NCBI RefSeq assembly: GCF_009914755.1 | Contig: NC_060925.1 | Direction: 5' to 3' (one strand) | From: the human T2T-CHM13v2.0 reference genome, Homo sapiens | Length of the DNA: 64,000 bases | Shown: piece by piece, positions 12,536-25,613 of the stretch | Position numbering within the stretch: position 1 is the stretch's first letter | Layout of the letters: each line of letters begins with the position of its first letter | Position numbers and translations under genes: made by a program | The notes under the pieces: model-generated | The model's input: only the letters and a program-made list of their open reading frames with translations | The model's database searches: none | Told to the model about the DNA's origin: nothing

Positions 12536-13149
12536 TCAGTGGCAGAACTTCTTTCCTGACCTCTGCAGATACATCTCTGTTTTGAATGTCCTTGCAACTC
12601 CTTCAGTAGCATCTAGAAATTCAATATGTGTCTCCAAGTTTTTGCCTGTGGGGTTCACGTGTCCCTCCAGGCAGCTTTACTGAACAGGGCCAAAGATGGC
12701 CCCACACAAGTTATCTCCTCTGTGTGGCCTACTTCTGATGGACAGGAAAACTCGCACATTTTTTGCTTTCAGCATGGAGATAAATCCTGATGCAGCCGGG
12801 TAGCCTCGCATAACCCACTGACATCCTGAATTACTTCTCTAAGTGTGAGCCAAGCACCAGTCTTTTATGTTTTCAACTGCAGGGAATTTATTTCCAGCTG
12901 GCTGAGGGGTCCTATGGAAGCCTTTCTCACTAAACTGAAGTAGTAGAGGGTAGCATCATTGACTTCACCCCTGGGTGGAAAATGTACTCATGTTATGGTA
13001 ATAGCTTTTGGGGAGATGTTCCTTCACAAATTCACCTTCTTTTTCAACATTCTGATCCCTCTTAAATCAGTGATCTAGGGGTCCAAAAGGTACAGATCTA
13101 GGGATCCAAAAGGTGTGGACCTGAACTTAGCTAGCACAAAACAGTCAGG

Positions 13150-13360
13150 AGTGCTTTAGGTTGTAGATCCTGAAGCCAAACTGTCTGTGTTTGGGTGATA
13201 GTTTTATTACTTACTAGCTGTGTAACTCAGGCAAGTCACTTAATCTTCCTCGCCTCAATTTCCTCTTTGGAAGCAACAGTAAGTATTGAGTTAATGTATG
13301 TAAAGCATTTAGAACAATTCCTGGCATATAGCAAACACTATGTAACTATGTGCTATTAGT
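13150..13360 (+). mobile_element. MIR SINE
   Basis: CTTACTAGCTGTGTAACTCAGGCAAGTCACTTAATCT...TGTAAAGCATTTAGAACAATTCCTGGCATATAG. Confidence 0.88.
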
Positions 13361-14299
13361 ATTCCTTTGTAAATTCTTCATATATTGATCTGGCTTTCTT
13401 ACTCCCTTTACTGAAATCTGTATTTTAACACCCTGTAATACTTATAGTATCCTGTTCTTCTACTGGCCTAGCAGAATCCCACATTAACCTTCATGTCTCC
13501 TTCCTCACAGCATAGGACAGGAATGTGAAAGATTTCCATCTACTGTGAGGCTGGCTTCGCTATTTTATAGAATAGCAATGCTAGCCCCAAAAGAAAATGA
13601 CGTAGGAGCTTAGAAACACACCCAGCTACCTCAGTCAAGCCAAGGGGGAAGAGAAGACCAAGAGAGGAAGAAAGGAACAGGGATCCAGAAAATTACAGGG
13701 AACTTGGTTATAGGAGTTTGTGTTTATTCTCTCTCAGTTGCCACCATTAATATGACTCAGTTCCAAAGTTTGAAATTACTATGTCCCCATTTCAAGTTTA
13801 TTTCTCAGCAGAGAAATAATGTGATCAGCCCAAGACCAGGGTCATGTTGTGCTGTATATCAAGGCCATTCCAGAAAGAAGAAATCCTTGCATGTCAGACA
13901 ACCCGTCAGTAGTCCACTGTAGCTCTGAGCCCATGACTGTCCTGCGCCCCCTTGTGACTTCCTCACTGTTGTTAACCTTATGCATCCTTAATTTCAAACC
14001 TGCACCAGCCCTAGCTATGAAACTACAAGTGATTGCATTAGGTTCAAGATATTTTTTAAATTCTACTAAATAAAACTGTACTTTTGGCCTTAAAATTATG
14101 GATGAAAGGTACAGACCAAACCTCAATAAACTCCTCTCTAAATTGTCAAATCAGATGTTACATATAAGGTACTAAAAAGTACCCTAGAAGAACATATCAG
14201 TGAGAATACCAACACATTTCAGATGTTACAGGCTCATTGAAGTAAATGAGTATAAAAATTCCTACCCACCCCAAGCAGAAATACTATTCATAGAATATT

Positions 14300-14455
14300 G
14301 TGCTGTTCATTTTTCTTCACTAGACCCTTAGGTCGGTGGAAACACGGACTGTGATCTGTTGCATCCATGTGTATCACACACACTGAGCCCAGTGCCTGAC
14401 ACATGGAGATGCTCAATACATACTTGCTCATTGAATGACTGAATTAGTGAATAGG
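14300..14455 (+). mobile_element. L2 LINE 3' end
   Basis: CACTAGAC...CCCAGTGCCTGACACATGGAGATGCTCAATACATACTTGCTCATTGAATGA. Confidence 0.75.
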
Positions 14456-17400
14456 ACAGAAGACATTTTCATTTAAAAAAAACCATACACTTCCATTTTT
14501 GTTCTCATCTCCCATATTAAATGAAAATGAAAGTCATTATAATGATAGCATTTTAAAGTCAGATATATTTATGAATTCGTGTTCCTTGACATTTACTGAT
14601 GAACCCATTAATGACTAAAACTCTGTTTCACATGAGGCTGTTTTTATATGTGGAATATGTAAGTGTTCCTACGAAATAAAAGTCCTGAAAACAAGGAATG
14701 CATTCTAGCCTCTTTGGAAGATTCTCTGGTTTTATTAAATTATAGAAAACTTAACTATTTAATCAGAGCATGGTATTTTAGAAACAGTTGACTTAATTTA
14801 CTTTCAAATTAGTGCACAGAGGATATTCATAACTAACAATTTAAAAATCATATCACTAGTGTTATACAAGCTAAAGGAAAGATTCCATTTTACGTATTTA
14901 AAATGCTTGAGCTGATGATGTGTCCATGCGGTATAAAGTTCAGAAAGTCTTTGCATTAATAATTTTTAAATTCTGTTTTTAAGTTATTTACATTTTTATA
15001 ACAATATCCGAAAACAAGGCATTGTGTTTTATTTTCTGCAAGTTTGAACACCTTCTAGTCAAAAGCAAAACCAAATACTTCCTTTTTAATTTTAAAAGCA
15101 AAAATATATGTGACATTTGTGCCACTTGGCCACATGCCCAGAGAATGAATAATGTTACCTATCTGCTCGTGGGTCATCACACACCGTATTTAATCAAGAA
15201 CATATTTTCACCTATAGTATTTGACATGTCACATGCCTATCAGTTTACTGTCAAGCAAGACAGAACACATCATCAAGTGCATCAGTTCTTACTGCTCTCT
15301 TTTGGAACACAGCACTGCAGATGACAGTAAACATGACAGCTTTTGTGATCAGCAACATTTTTGTGGCATCTTGTTATTAATAACACTTTGGCTAGACAGT
15401 ATTTCCAGGGATAATCCATGGTAGAACAATCGTTCCTGCATCATTGACCGCAAAATGATTTTTAAGCCTTTTCTGAGGCTTTTTCTTTTCAGACTTTTTT
15501 TCTCTCTTTGGCCAAACTCTTAACTAACTTTGTTATAAAATTAATTGGGAAGGGGAAAAAATGGGAAAGAGACCATTAAGACTAACTTTTTAATTCTTGA
15601 CATGGAGGCTATTCAGCAACTTTTAAGAGCCACAATGTGTATGGAAGTATCCAATCAAGAATAAGTGTGGTAGAGAGGGGGACCTAAAAGACAAATATAA
15701 ATGATGGAAAAATGATTTTTGATTGAATATACAATTCTAGCACTTTGGGAGTTTATTATTAAGATGAATATATTTGATGAGATGTGAAATATAGATAGTA
15801 TCCTAGGCACAAAATAATATTACTTAGTAGCCATAAGGACTTTTATGTGTTTTTTTCTTTAATCAATAGCAGTCAGGAAAGGGTGAGCAGTTTTATGACA
15901 AACCATTATTCAGATGTGTTTTCCTCTCCTAGGATCAATTGCAGTGTTTATTACATGGACGTAATTAAGCAAAGTTCAGCAGGTGACTTGTTCTCTGGCT
16001 CACTGATCTGTCTGCAGAGTCCAGCCTTTAATTACTTAATGTTTTTAGTTCTTATGAGACCCTAGAACAGTCTGAAGAGAAAACAGTAAAATTTTTATGA
16101 ATTTTACCTCAAAATACATTTTACTTTTACATCAAACAATGAAAACACATTTCACTTTTACCTTGTCCTGACTTATTTTATCTTGAAAAATTTCACAGGA
16201 CTGAGTCTCTCCTGGGATCATTTTCTTAAATTATAAGTAGTAAAATTAAATAGATTATTTACTTTCAACGATTGTTCAATATTTCAAGATAAAAATAAAT
16301 AAATCTAGTTTTACTTCATTTCATAAAAGTAATACTATAGTTTTACATTTCTATGACAAATCTAAGTATTTTAGATAAATTTTTAGATTTCCTAGAACTA
16401 ATTTACTCTAAGACTTAACAAAATTTTGTTTCATTTCATATTTGTATTCAGAGTAATGGGACCATGAGAATTGAGGAAGAACATTGTATTACACTTATAC
16501 TGTACTAGCTGGCTAGTTTATCAAAGGAAATATTACTTTAGAGCTATTTATAATTTGTATTATTACATATCTATATATCTATTCTAAGAACAAATTTACA
16601 TTTCTGATCTATAAATCAGAAATTAGGAAACCTTCAACAGTTACGTAATTGTTGCTTCAAACTCATAAGTTGTTTAAGTATGTTTGCCGGTGTGTGTACA
16701 TATAGCATGTATATGATGTTTATATTCATATGTATTTGCTTCATTTTGAGGTTTGCCTTTTAATTAATAATCCTTCCTAGTTAAAGAATATCAACAAGAA
16801 AGTATGCATAGGTAGATAGTGCAGATAATAATGTAGTCAACTTTATCACTGTTCTTTATTTTATCTAAAGCGTTTACCATTTCTTTCAGAAACTTGAAAA
16901 AGGATTTGGTCAGCGTTCTTATTTATAGGTGTTCTAGGTTCCAAGATACATACATCAACAGATTAAATACCTTTAAGATTTTTGTAACAAAATTAATGTG
17001 CTTCTTTGTAACAGATAAAGAAAATTTATAAACTATACTTTTCCTTCATTGCCTGTCTTCCAGGAACCACAAATATACACTCGGTGCTAAGTCACAATAG
17101 TTATATAAGTTTTGTGATAAGTTATCTTTTTCTTTTCTTTTTTAACTTAAAACTAGTTTATAAAAGACTTTTTTCACTTAAAACTGGTTTTTGTCTATCT
17201 TTTATTATGTCTCTTCAATTTTTTGAAGGAGATAAAGGGAAATACAATTATAACAAAATAAAATGTCTGTTTGTGTGTACACTTTATTCATTAGTTCAGT
17301 AGGCAGTTACCGACCCCATGATATGTGCACAGTTTTTAATTAGGTGCTTTAGGTAGACTGAATCTCTTCTGATCTTAAGGAATAATCCATCCAGCTTCCA

Positions 17401-18109
17401 TTTCCTCATCAATAAAATAAGAAATATATTACTACTTCCTAGTGACTTCCGTTGTAAGTTTTTAATGTTCTAGAATGGCTTTTGTATATAGACTATTTAT
17501 GGCTATTCACAATTTTTAATTTTTATTTCATGAAAGTTAACATTTTTAACTGAAATCTAGTATTTTAGTATGTTTACAGGGAACATACTAAATTATTATT
17601 CTGTTTATAAATATGATCAGTTTTAATAATCACTTTATAACTTTATTATTTCCAGACTTTGCTAAAAAATCTTTTATTTTCTTCATAAATCTAATACATT
17701 GTATCTATTTATTAAGCACTTCAAGCCCAGATATAACAAGCAAAATATCCCCAAGGACTAGAACCACTCTTGTAAATCTAATCAATTATATGTATAAATA
17801 TAGTAAATTTCAAATTATCTTAAGCATTACAATACTATTGTTAGCCAATGAAATAAAATTCTCCTACATATTTCAACTACAAATCAAAATTCAATAATTT
17901 ATTTCTCATTTCATTTGTAATCACATGTCCTCATACCCTAAAACCAAATTCCTTTAAATATCATGAACACTTTAAAACACCATTTATAGATTTGTTCCTA
18001 CATTAAACCCAAAATTATTTCTGTAAAATGTTTTCTTTATTATCTCAATTTCTAATTTGTAAACTTTCCCAAGATTAGAAAGACACTGTTACCCACTTCT
18101 TCTTACACA

Positions 18110-18920
18110 ACCTTTACCATTGTAATAATAAGTAACCCCCAAAACTCAGTGTTTACAACAACAAAAGTTTATTTTTCACTACAATTACTTGGCTCCATAT
18201 TGGCTAGGGCTCTGCTCTACCTTCTCTTTGTTCCAGAATTTAGAAAGAAAATGAAGCCCACAGCTGTCATTTGCCACAGAGGGAAGAGGACACTGGTAGA
18301 AGCACAGCAGAGCTCTTAAAGCTTCTCCTTGACTTGTATTCCATTAGCCAAAGTGAGTTGCATTGTCTAGCTAACATCATTGGGACAGGATGTGTAATCC
18401 TTCTGTTGAAGTCAAAATAAAACATAGAGATAGGCCTCTAAATTAAACATTTTCTTTGAGAGTCACAGACTTGCAATCCAGGGCATACACACAGATGAGG
18501 GTTATCTTCAGTATGTCTGAAGAACAAAGAAAAGGTTTAGAGTTTCATTAGAAAGAGAAGCATTTTGGAAGAAATCTTGACATTAGAGAAGAGTGGTAAG
18601 TGAGGATGGTAGGTAAAACTAGCTCTAGAGTCATGGCAGGTTGTTTCAGCAGCTACTACATAAAACTGGTATTTGGGTTACAGGAGGCCATTTCAGCAGC
18701 TGGGCTTGAGAAAAACTCAGTTATTGAAGATGGTCCTATATGCCCCAAGTGTTTTATCTCCCAGGCCCCTAGACTCTGATTTTGGACATGACCAGAATGA
18801 CCTCTAATTTGTATGGTTAATTTTTAACACTCTCAGAGGTAGGAACATCCATACAGATGAGCTTGATAGTATAAAGAAATGCTTCAAATATTTTTGATCA
18901 ATCAATGCATTCTACCACAT
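18110..18920 (-). mobile_element. Old MaLR LTR (MLT1J/K-like), interrupted by the ERV1 LTR at 18404-18829
   Basis: CCCCAAAACTCAGTGTTTACAACAACAAAAGTTTTATTT...CCATTAGCCAAAG; ends ...TTCTACCACA after the insertion. Confidence 0.6.
18404..18829 (-). mobile_element. ERV1 solo LTR (MER67-like)
   Basis: TGTTGAAGTCAAAATAAAACATAGAGA...GACTCTGATTT...ATGACCAGAATGACC...TTTAACA; TG...CA termini. Confidence 0.8.
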
Positions 18921-20112
18921 CTTCCCTCCAAAAAATAAATGGTCATATCATTACCTGATTATTTCTTATATGAATTTGTAACCTAGCACACAGGATGCAA
19001 CTCTCTTCTTTTCGTAATTTCTTTGCTGCCTGATTGAATGCTGAATTATTTTCATGCATTTGTCTGGCTCTATATTCAAGTTAATGGCCTTGTCTTGAGG
19101 CTTAAATTAAATAATGTAAATGAAAGCATCTACACACCCTTAGCAAATATAAGTAGGTGTGTATTATTTCTTGTTCTTTTGTTTCCAGCTTCAACTTTAC
19201 TGATTCCATTTTGCTTACATAGTTCTGTGGTTCTTGTTCAGGTCCAACTATCTTGAGCAAAATCACTCACCTGTGCATGGATAAGAGGAATTTTGCTGTC
19301 CTGTCCTCAGTTACTCTTGAGTGTTCCAGTCATTTTGACCTCAGAAACAGAGTCTAGCATTCGTCACTTACACCCAACCTTCTGACAGCTCTAGAAATTA
19401 TATTCTCATTCATGCAGCCTTTTCACATTGGACTTTTTAGAGACTAGATCACACTGTTTTCTCATAGTACACTAATTGTTGACAATCAACAACCTGCAAG
19501 TCATTTTCACACATGGCCTTAAGAAATATTTCATTCATCCTATAATGTATTTGTGTACTGTTTTTTTAAAGCTGCAAGACTAATCTAACTAGCCTGATTA
19601 TAGAAGGATTTGAAAGTCAGGCAGAGGAGATAAGATTTAATGATGCAGGAAATAGACAATAATTGAGTTTCTGAGGCAGGAAGCAGGAACACAGCATGGT
19701 GTCATTATCACAGTGTGGTAGAGTATGGGATTTATGTCAGACTTTCCTGTATTGGAATTCTGTCCCCACCAGTATGGCCACAGCTTCCCACCCATTAACG
19801 AAGAACACACTACCTATGTCATAGAGATGTTTTTATTCATTGATTCAACAAATCTCAAGTGGTTCCTACTTTGTATTTGATGTTGATGAATAAAATAAAT
19901 TCGGTTCTGGGCCTTATGATGCTCACAGTCTAATGACAAATACAGAAAATATACAAAAAAGGATAAAATTACCAGTAAACAATTGTGATAAGGAATCAGA
20001 AGGAAAGAAACAAGTTTTAGAGTGTGGTAGGATGTGTCTTTAAGTTGAGCAATAAGGGAATTAAGGGTCTAAAATGATGATGATTAATGAGGAATAAATA
20101 AAAAAAAGTTTC

Positions 20113-20571
20113 TGTAGCTGTTGAGAATCCTCCCATGTCCATTTGATCCTTGTTATTCCAGTCATGCCATGGCATGTAAGTGCAGACACTGTCATATCTG
20201 CCTGAGAACAGTCTTTCGGCTTGTGTTCAATGCAGCCTGTAAGTACAGAGGAGAGAATGCCCCCAGATGCAGCCTTCCATTATTGACAGATGGGAGTAGA
20301 AGAATAAATAGCCAACCCTCTTCATCCCTCTGCTGAGTCACCCTGAGGCATATTCCACAGTGTCTGTCAGCATCTGCCCGCAGAATAGAGCCTCAGTTAC
20401 CCAGATTGGTAATCTGCTTTATTACGCGCCAATTTCTGGCTTCCTTTCCTTCCCTGTTTTATTTCTTTACTCTTTTATTGGTGTTTCCTGGTATTCCCTC
20501 CCAAAAAAATTATTTATTCTCAACTCTGTCTCAGGCAGTCTGAGGCAGGGGAAACCAACCTGATAAAGATA
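20113..20571 (+). mobile_element. ERVL LTR (LTR16C-like)
   Basis: TGACAGATGGGAG...GAATAAATA...GAGCCTCAGTTACCCA...GGCTTCCTTTCCTTCCCTGT...TGTCTCAGG...GGGGAAACC typical of the LTR16 group. Confidence 0.75.
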
Positions 20572-21509
20572 TAATCTCTAATCACCTAAGATAATATCTA
20601 GAATAAAATATGCATTCAGTAAATGCTAATTTTCCTTTTCCTCACTCTTGTTTCCTTGCCCCCAAGTCAAACATGCATAATAAAAATGTTTTAGAAAGTC
20701 ATCTCTAGACTAGATTATAGTCTTGGAGGTAGGTAAAGTTAGAGTCATAGAGACTTGTGAGGAAGCAGACTCTTGCTTTAGAACTAATGAAGTGCAATAA
20801 AGACCCAGACAGACCAAGGTGAGATGCAGATTTCATTTTGTTATAATGGTCAGTTTATGACTCCTCTGTATCCTTCACTGCACATTATATACTCTGCTGG
20901 ACCACATGGTTCTAACGGGTGGTATAAGAGAGTACTCATTTTGCAAAGAAACCCTTGAGTATCCTTTATATACACTATTAGGCTAACAAAAGTAGGCTGA
21001 GAGATCAGTCATGTTCAGTAAAATTGGTCAGAGCTTCACCAGTCCTTCTGCCTTATCTGGCATTCTTAGAAGTACCAAGTGGAAATGTAGAAGGGCCTCT
21101 GATGTCCATCAGCACCCTTAAAGCCACAATATATACGTATGACACATAAAACCTAAGTAAAAACAATGTGTTTGCTATATATATAAGTGAATTTTCAAGT
21201 CAAGTATTTCTGTCTTCTCTTCCAATTCATTTCCCACCTTTAAGCTATCCTTCAACAGTCCCTATTGGATGTTGTAAAATTTAAAAATTAATTTCCTACC
21301 ACAGTCTACAAGGACTGATCTCCCCCATCTATTACTGAAACCCCCTCCTTCATGCTTATTAGGCTTAGGCATACTGACCATCGAGTTCCTTAAAATATAC
21401 CACATACCTTAGTGCCTTTTTGAACGTTGTTTCTTCTCCCAGAATTTTCTTCCTTTAGGTGTTCACTAAACTGTTACCACCTCATTGAGGTCTTTATCTG
21501 AGAAGATAT

Positions 21510-21975
21510 GTCAGTTAGTTATTAGTGTAATAGTGTGTATATCAATAACAAAATTTCTGTGGTATGCAATTCTAAACATCTATTTAGGCCAAATGTGTGA
21601 GCATTGGTTGGGGGCCTGATGGTAAGGATAGACTTCACTCAGTGGTTGTGCTGATCTCATATGGGCATGTTCATGTCTGGAGGTCAGCTGATCTAAGGAG
21701 TCTCTGTTGGTACAACTCTGCTCCATATGTCGCTCATATTCCTCCTAGGGCCAGTGGGCTAACCTGGACAGGTTTCTTTTATAGCCTTTATGTGTGGCAG
21801 AAATGGAACAATGTGAGCAGAAACACACAAGACCTTTTAAGGGATAAATTGAGAACCGGTCCACCATTACTTCCACCTATTTTATTGACTAAAGCAAGTC
21901 ACAAAGCCAAACCCAACCAACATCACTGGTATATTCCTTCTATGAAAATAAGGGAGGGATTAAATATTTCTGAAA
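21510..21975 (-). mobile_element. Old MaLR LTR (MLT1F/G/H-like)
   Basis: TGTCAGTTAG start; CTGCTCCATATGTC...GGGCCAGTGGGCTAACCTGG...ATTGACTAAAGCAAGTCACAAAGCCAAACCCAA. Confidence 0.65.
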
Positions 21976-22100
21976 TATTATCCGATCTACTACAAAAAGG
22001 CTTCCCTGTTACTTCAGTTCAGAGCACTCAGATTGTTCCCTTCAAAGCAATTGTATTTTCTGTAACTATTTGATTAGTGTCTGTCTTGCTCATGAAACTT

Positions 22101-22475
22101 TGTATTAGACAGGAAAGAATAGACTATGCAGTGGTAAGAAATTAAACTCCAAAATTAAACTCCAAAATAACATAGTAAAGTTTATTTCTCCTTCATGTCA
22201 CAGTTCAGTGCAGATTGAGAGGCTCTCATTTGTAGCTATGCCAACTGGGTATTTGCAGCTTACCAGGGAAACAGAGGATAAAAAGATCACAAGATTATAT
22301 TTTTCCAGGGTCAGGCCTAGAAATATTTTTTATTATGTTCACCCATCATTAACCAAACTTTCAGTCACATGGCCACAGTCTAGCTGTAGTAGGAGGTGGG
22401 GGCAGAAAGAATCAATCTTCTTATGTACTAGGGGAGAAAAATTGGTGTGGTGAACACAGCTTTGTTTTTGTCAGG
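22101..22475 (-). mobile_element. Old MaLR LTR (MLT1I/J-like)
   Basis: TGTATTAGACAGGA...TAGACTATGC...AAAGTTTATTTCTC...CAGTCACATGGCCACAGTCTAGCTG. Confidence 0.65.
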
Positions 22476-22782
22476 ACTATGGGGTCTTTGATGACAAGAG
22501 TCTTCTCTAGCTCCATAGTGCCTAGCAAATGAAGCTCTTAATTTGTTCAATGAATGAATGAATGCTATCTGACTCGAAAGTCAGGTTTTACATCTATGAA
22601 AAGAGAATAAAGATACATGCCTAACAAACAGAATCATTATCAAGATTTAAGAAATACTCTGTATGATAGAGAGTTGTGTTATAGGAAAGACGGACTCTCT
22701 GGGGTCTCTTTCAGTTTATGACTTCACTTCTGTTTCAGAAATGCATAAGAAATATTGAGTATGAGTTATAGTTTGTAATAAT

Positions 22783-22954
22783 GAAAAATTATTGATTTAT
22801 GCAACTATGTGTGTGGATATAGGAAGCAAGATTTTTTAAGTTTATTTCTTATGATAATGGTAGGGAGAGGGAAAATTATTGATTTATACAACTATGTGTA
22901 TGGATATATGAAGCAAGACTTTTTAAGTTTCATTTCTTATGATAATGGTAGGGA
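22783..22954. repeat. ~88 bp tandem duplication (2 copies)
   Basis: AAAATTATTGATTTAT(G/A)CAACTATGTGT(G/A)TGGATATA...TTTCTTATGATAATGGTAGGGA starting at 22783 and 22871. Confidence 0.95.
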
Positions 22955-22973
22955 TGATCTAGAAAAAAAGTCA

Positions 22974-23283
22974 ACCGGTGTGGTGTCTTACACCTGTAAT
23001 CTTAGCACTTTGGGAGGCCAAGGCAGGTGGATCATCAGGTCAGGAGATCAAGCCCACCCTGGCTAACACAGTGAAACCCCATATTTACTAAAAATACAAA
23101 AAAATTAGCCAGGTGTGGTGATGGGTGCTTGTAGTCCCAAGGTACTTGGGAGGCTGAGGCAGGAGAATCACTTGAACCCTGGAGGCGGAGGTTGCAGTGA
23201 GCCAAGATCACGCCACTGCTCCCCAGCCTGGGCGACATAGCAAGACTCCGTCTCAAAAAAAAAAAAAAAAAAAAAAGAAAGAA
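22974..23283 (+). mobile_element. Alu (AluSc8/Y-like) SINE
   Basis: GGAGATC...CCTGGCTAACACAGTGAAACCCC; poly(A) tail; TSD AGAAAAAA(A/T)GTCA. Confidence 0.95.
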
Positions 23284-25213
23284 AGAAAAAATGTCAAGAC
23301 AGGTTACCCAGAGCAGAGAAAGGCAGAAACAGTGGCCCAGTTTAGCTCAGAGTCTTCACTACAGCTTCAGGGCTTCCTTCTCTTGCCAGCAGCAACCAGC
23401 AAAGCAGTTTTGTACTGTCTATTCCTCCCTGTAGGGTTTACAGATTTGGAGATGGGTGCATGTTTAAAGGTAACAATGAAAGCTTTATAGATATCTACAG
23501 TCTCTGTTGTTTTCATTTTCTGTCTTTTTCTTACTGGGCTTAAGGCAAAACCATGTGCATGAAAGAAACTTGAAGAATCTTGGTTTTGTTTCCTGAAATT
23601 TAATTAAAATGTAGTAAAGTGGATAAAATGCTTGGAATGTCTAAGGCAGTGACCCATCAGAAGCCCTTTATGAACCCCTAGATTGTACTGAGTGGCCCTC
23701 TTCCGGATTCCTATGATACAATGTGTACACATCCAAAATAGCACTTCTCAGATTATATTTAAATCTGTTTTAGATCCCTGCCCCTCAAAGATAAGCTCTT
23801 CTGCAGGGCTTATTCATATTGCATCCCAGAGCCCACGCTGACTAGATAACCAGAACTTAGTCTCAGTTTGGAACTCTCTTTTCCCTTTTAGTTTATGAAG
23901 ACATTTATATATAGACTTTAAAGACCTGCTTTTAAATTCAAGTGACTCCTAGGGCTTACTGCAAAAACGTTCTTTGCTCCACCCAGATCTCACAAGTCCA
24001 GTGTTGAGTGTATGGCCTCATGCTTTCTGGAAAGCCCTCCAACTCTGATTCTTACAGGCTGAGCAGCTGTAAGATGTAACAACAAATCCTAATGAATCTC
24101 TGAAGATATTGGTGACCTTCAAAATATAGTAAATTCTCCCTTGCTGAGGATGGCTGTGGTGTAATTTTTCCTAAAATGATAAACTGAGTGTGGCTGTTTA
24201 AAATTTCTGTCAAACCTGTAATTCAATCTAAATATGCTCTCTATCACAATTCTTGCTTGGAGTAATGCTTATCACATTTCTTTGATATGCAGTGCCTGTA
24301 CTTCAACAGCTCCTAGCACATTGTTGGCACTAAATAATCAATGACTGTTAGTGATCATGTCACAAAACACTAGAGAACATTGACCATGAGACTGAGTTAA
24401 AGTTCTTAGCCAATTCAATATCTGTTTCAAAGCATCCTTGACATTTCAAATCCCCTGAATTTTTCATTTACTCAGTAATTGAAAACCTAAATCTAAAACT
24501 GTGGTATTATCACAAGTGCCCACTGCACCCTCTGGATTCAAAAGGTTAATTTTAATGAACTTTTAAACACTTGCATTAGGCAATTTCATTTAAATATAAT
24601 TGAAATGTGAAGCTGGGTAGTTGTAGTGCTTGGCATTCAAATCTGGCCTATTTACCGTGTCGTCATGGCTCAAGTGCTGTAGCAACACTTGATAAATATT
24701 ACAGTGTCTAGAGTCATAAACACTGATTATAAGCATAACTGAACAAGGTCTTTGCCCCTGGGAAACCATGTTTTAAGTAGGAGCTTATACCCTAAGGACT
24801 TTTAACCGTACTTTCCACTTTTGAGTAGCATGTCGGAGGCAGGTCAAACTGGAGTCAAATGCAGCTTGGGCCACAGAAAGATGTAGAAAGTTCAGGAAGT
24901 ATATGCTGGTGAGAATTAGCATGTACCTAATATGCACAATGAGTGGGGATCTTGTGTCATCATTTACATATAATCAAAGCACTGCATGAGGAGATTGTAT
25001 TTCAAAAATTTTGACTAAAAATCTAGAAACCAGAAATGCCACTAAAAAGAGTTATGGCCCAAAGCAAGGAGCCTTTCAAAAGGCTTTCAAACAATACTTT
25101 CATATATAAGTTATCTCATAAAGTCGTTTAAAATAGACTTTAACCTGGAGGCTCAGTCACTTAGCCAAGTGTACCCCCAACCAATGAGGACAGTGGTAGC
25201 ACTGAGAAAAAGA

Positions 25214-25245
<32 letters not shown>

Positions 25246-25254
25246 ACACGTGCA
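25214..25254. repeat. (CA)n microsatellite ending in two CACGTG motifs
   Basis: (AC)14 followed by GTGCACACGTGCA. Confidence 0.95.
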
Positions 25255-25302
25255 AGTGCTTTAAAATTTAATTTTCTAAAGTATTTTATTTAGGAAAAAA
25301 AG

Positions 25303-25613
25303 GGCCAGGTGCAGTGGCTACGCCTGTAATCCCAGCACTCTGGGAGGCCGAGTCAGGCAGATCACCTGAGGTCAGGAGTTTGAGACCAGCCTGGCCAACA
25401 TGGCGAAACCCTATCTCTACTAAAAATAGAAAAATTAGCCAGGCTTGGTGGTGGGCGCCTGTAATCCAAGCTATTCAGGAGGCAGAGGCAGGGAGAATTG
25501 CTTGAACCCAGGAGGCAGCGGTTGCAGTGAGCCAAGATTGCGCCATTGCACTCCAGCCTGGGCGACAGAGCGAGACTCCATCTCACAAAACAAACAAACC
25601 AACAACAAAAAAA
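25303..25613 (+). mobile_element. AluS (Sx/Sz-like) SINE
   Basis: GATCACCTGAGGTCAGGAGTTTGAGACCAGCCTGGCCAACATGG; CAAA-rich tail. Confidence 0.96.

Noticed and set aside
21597-22073. 158 aa ORF
   Set aside because: Lies in an old MLT1 LTR and L2 sequence, has a GTG start, no recognisable domain and no splice context.
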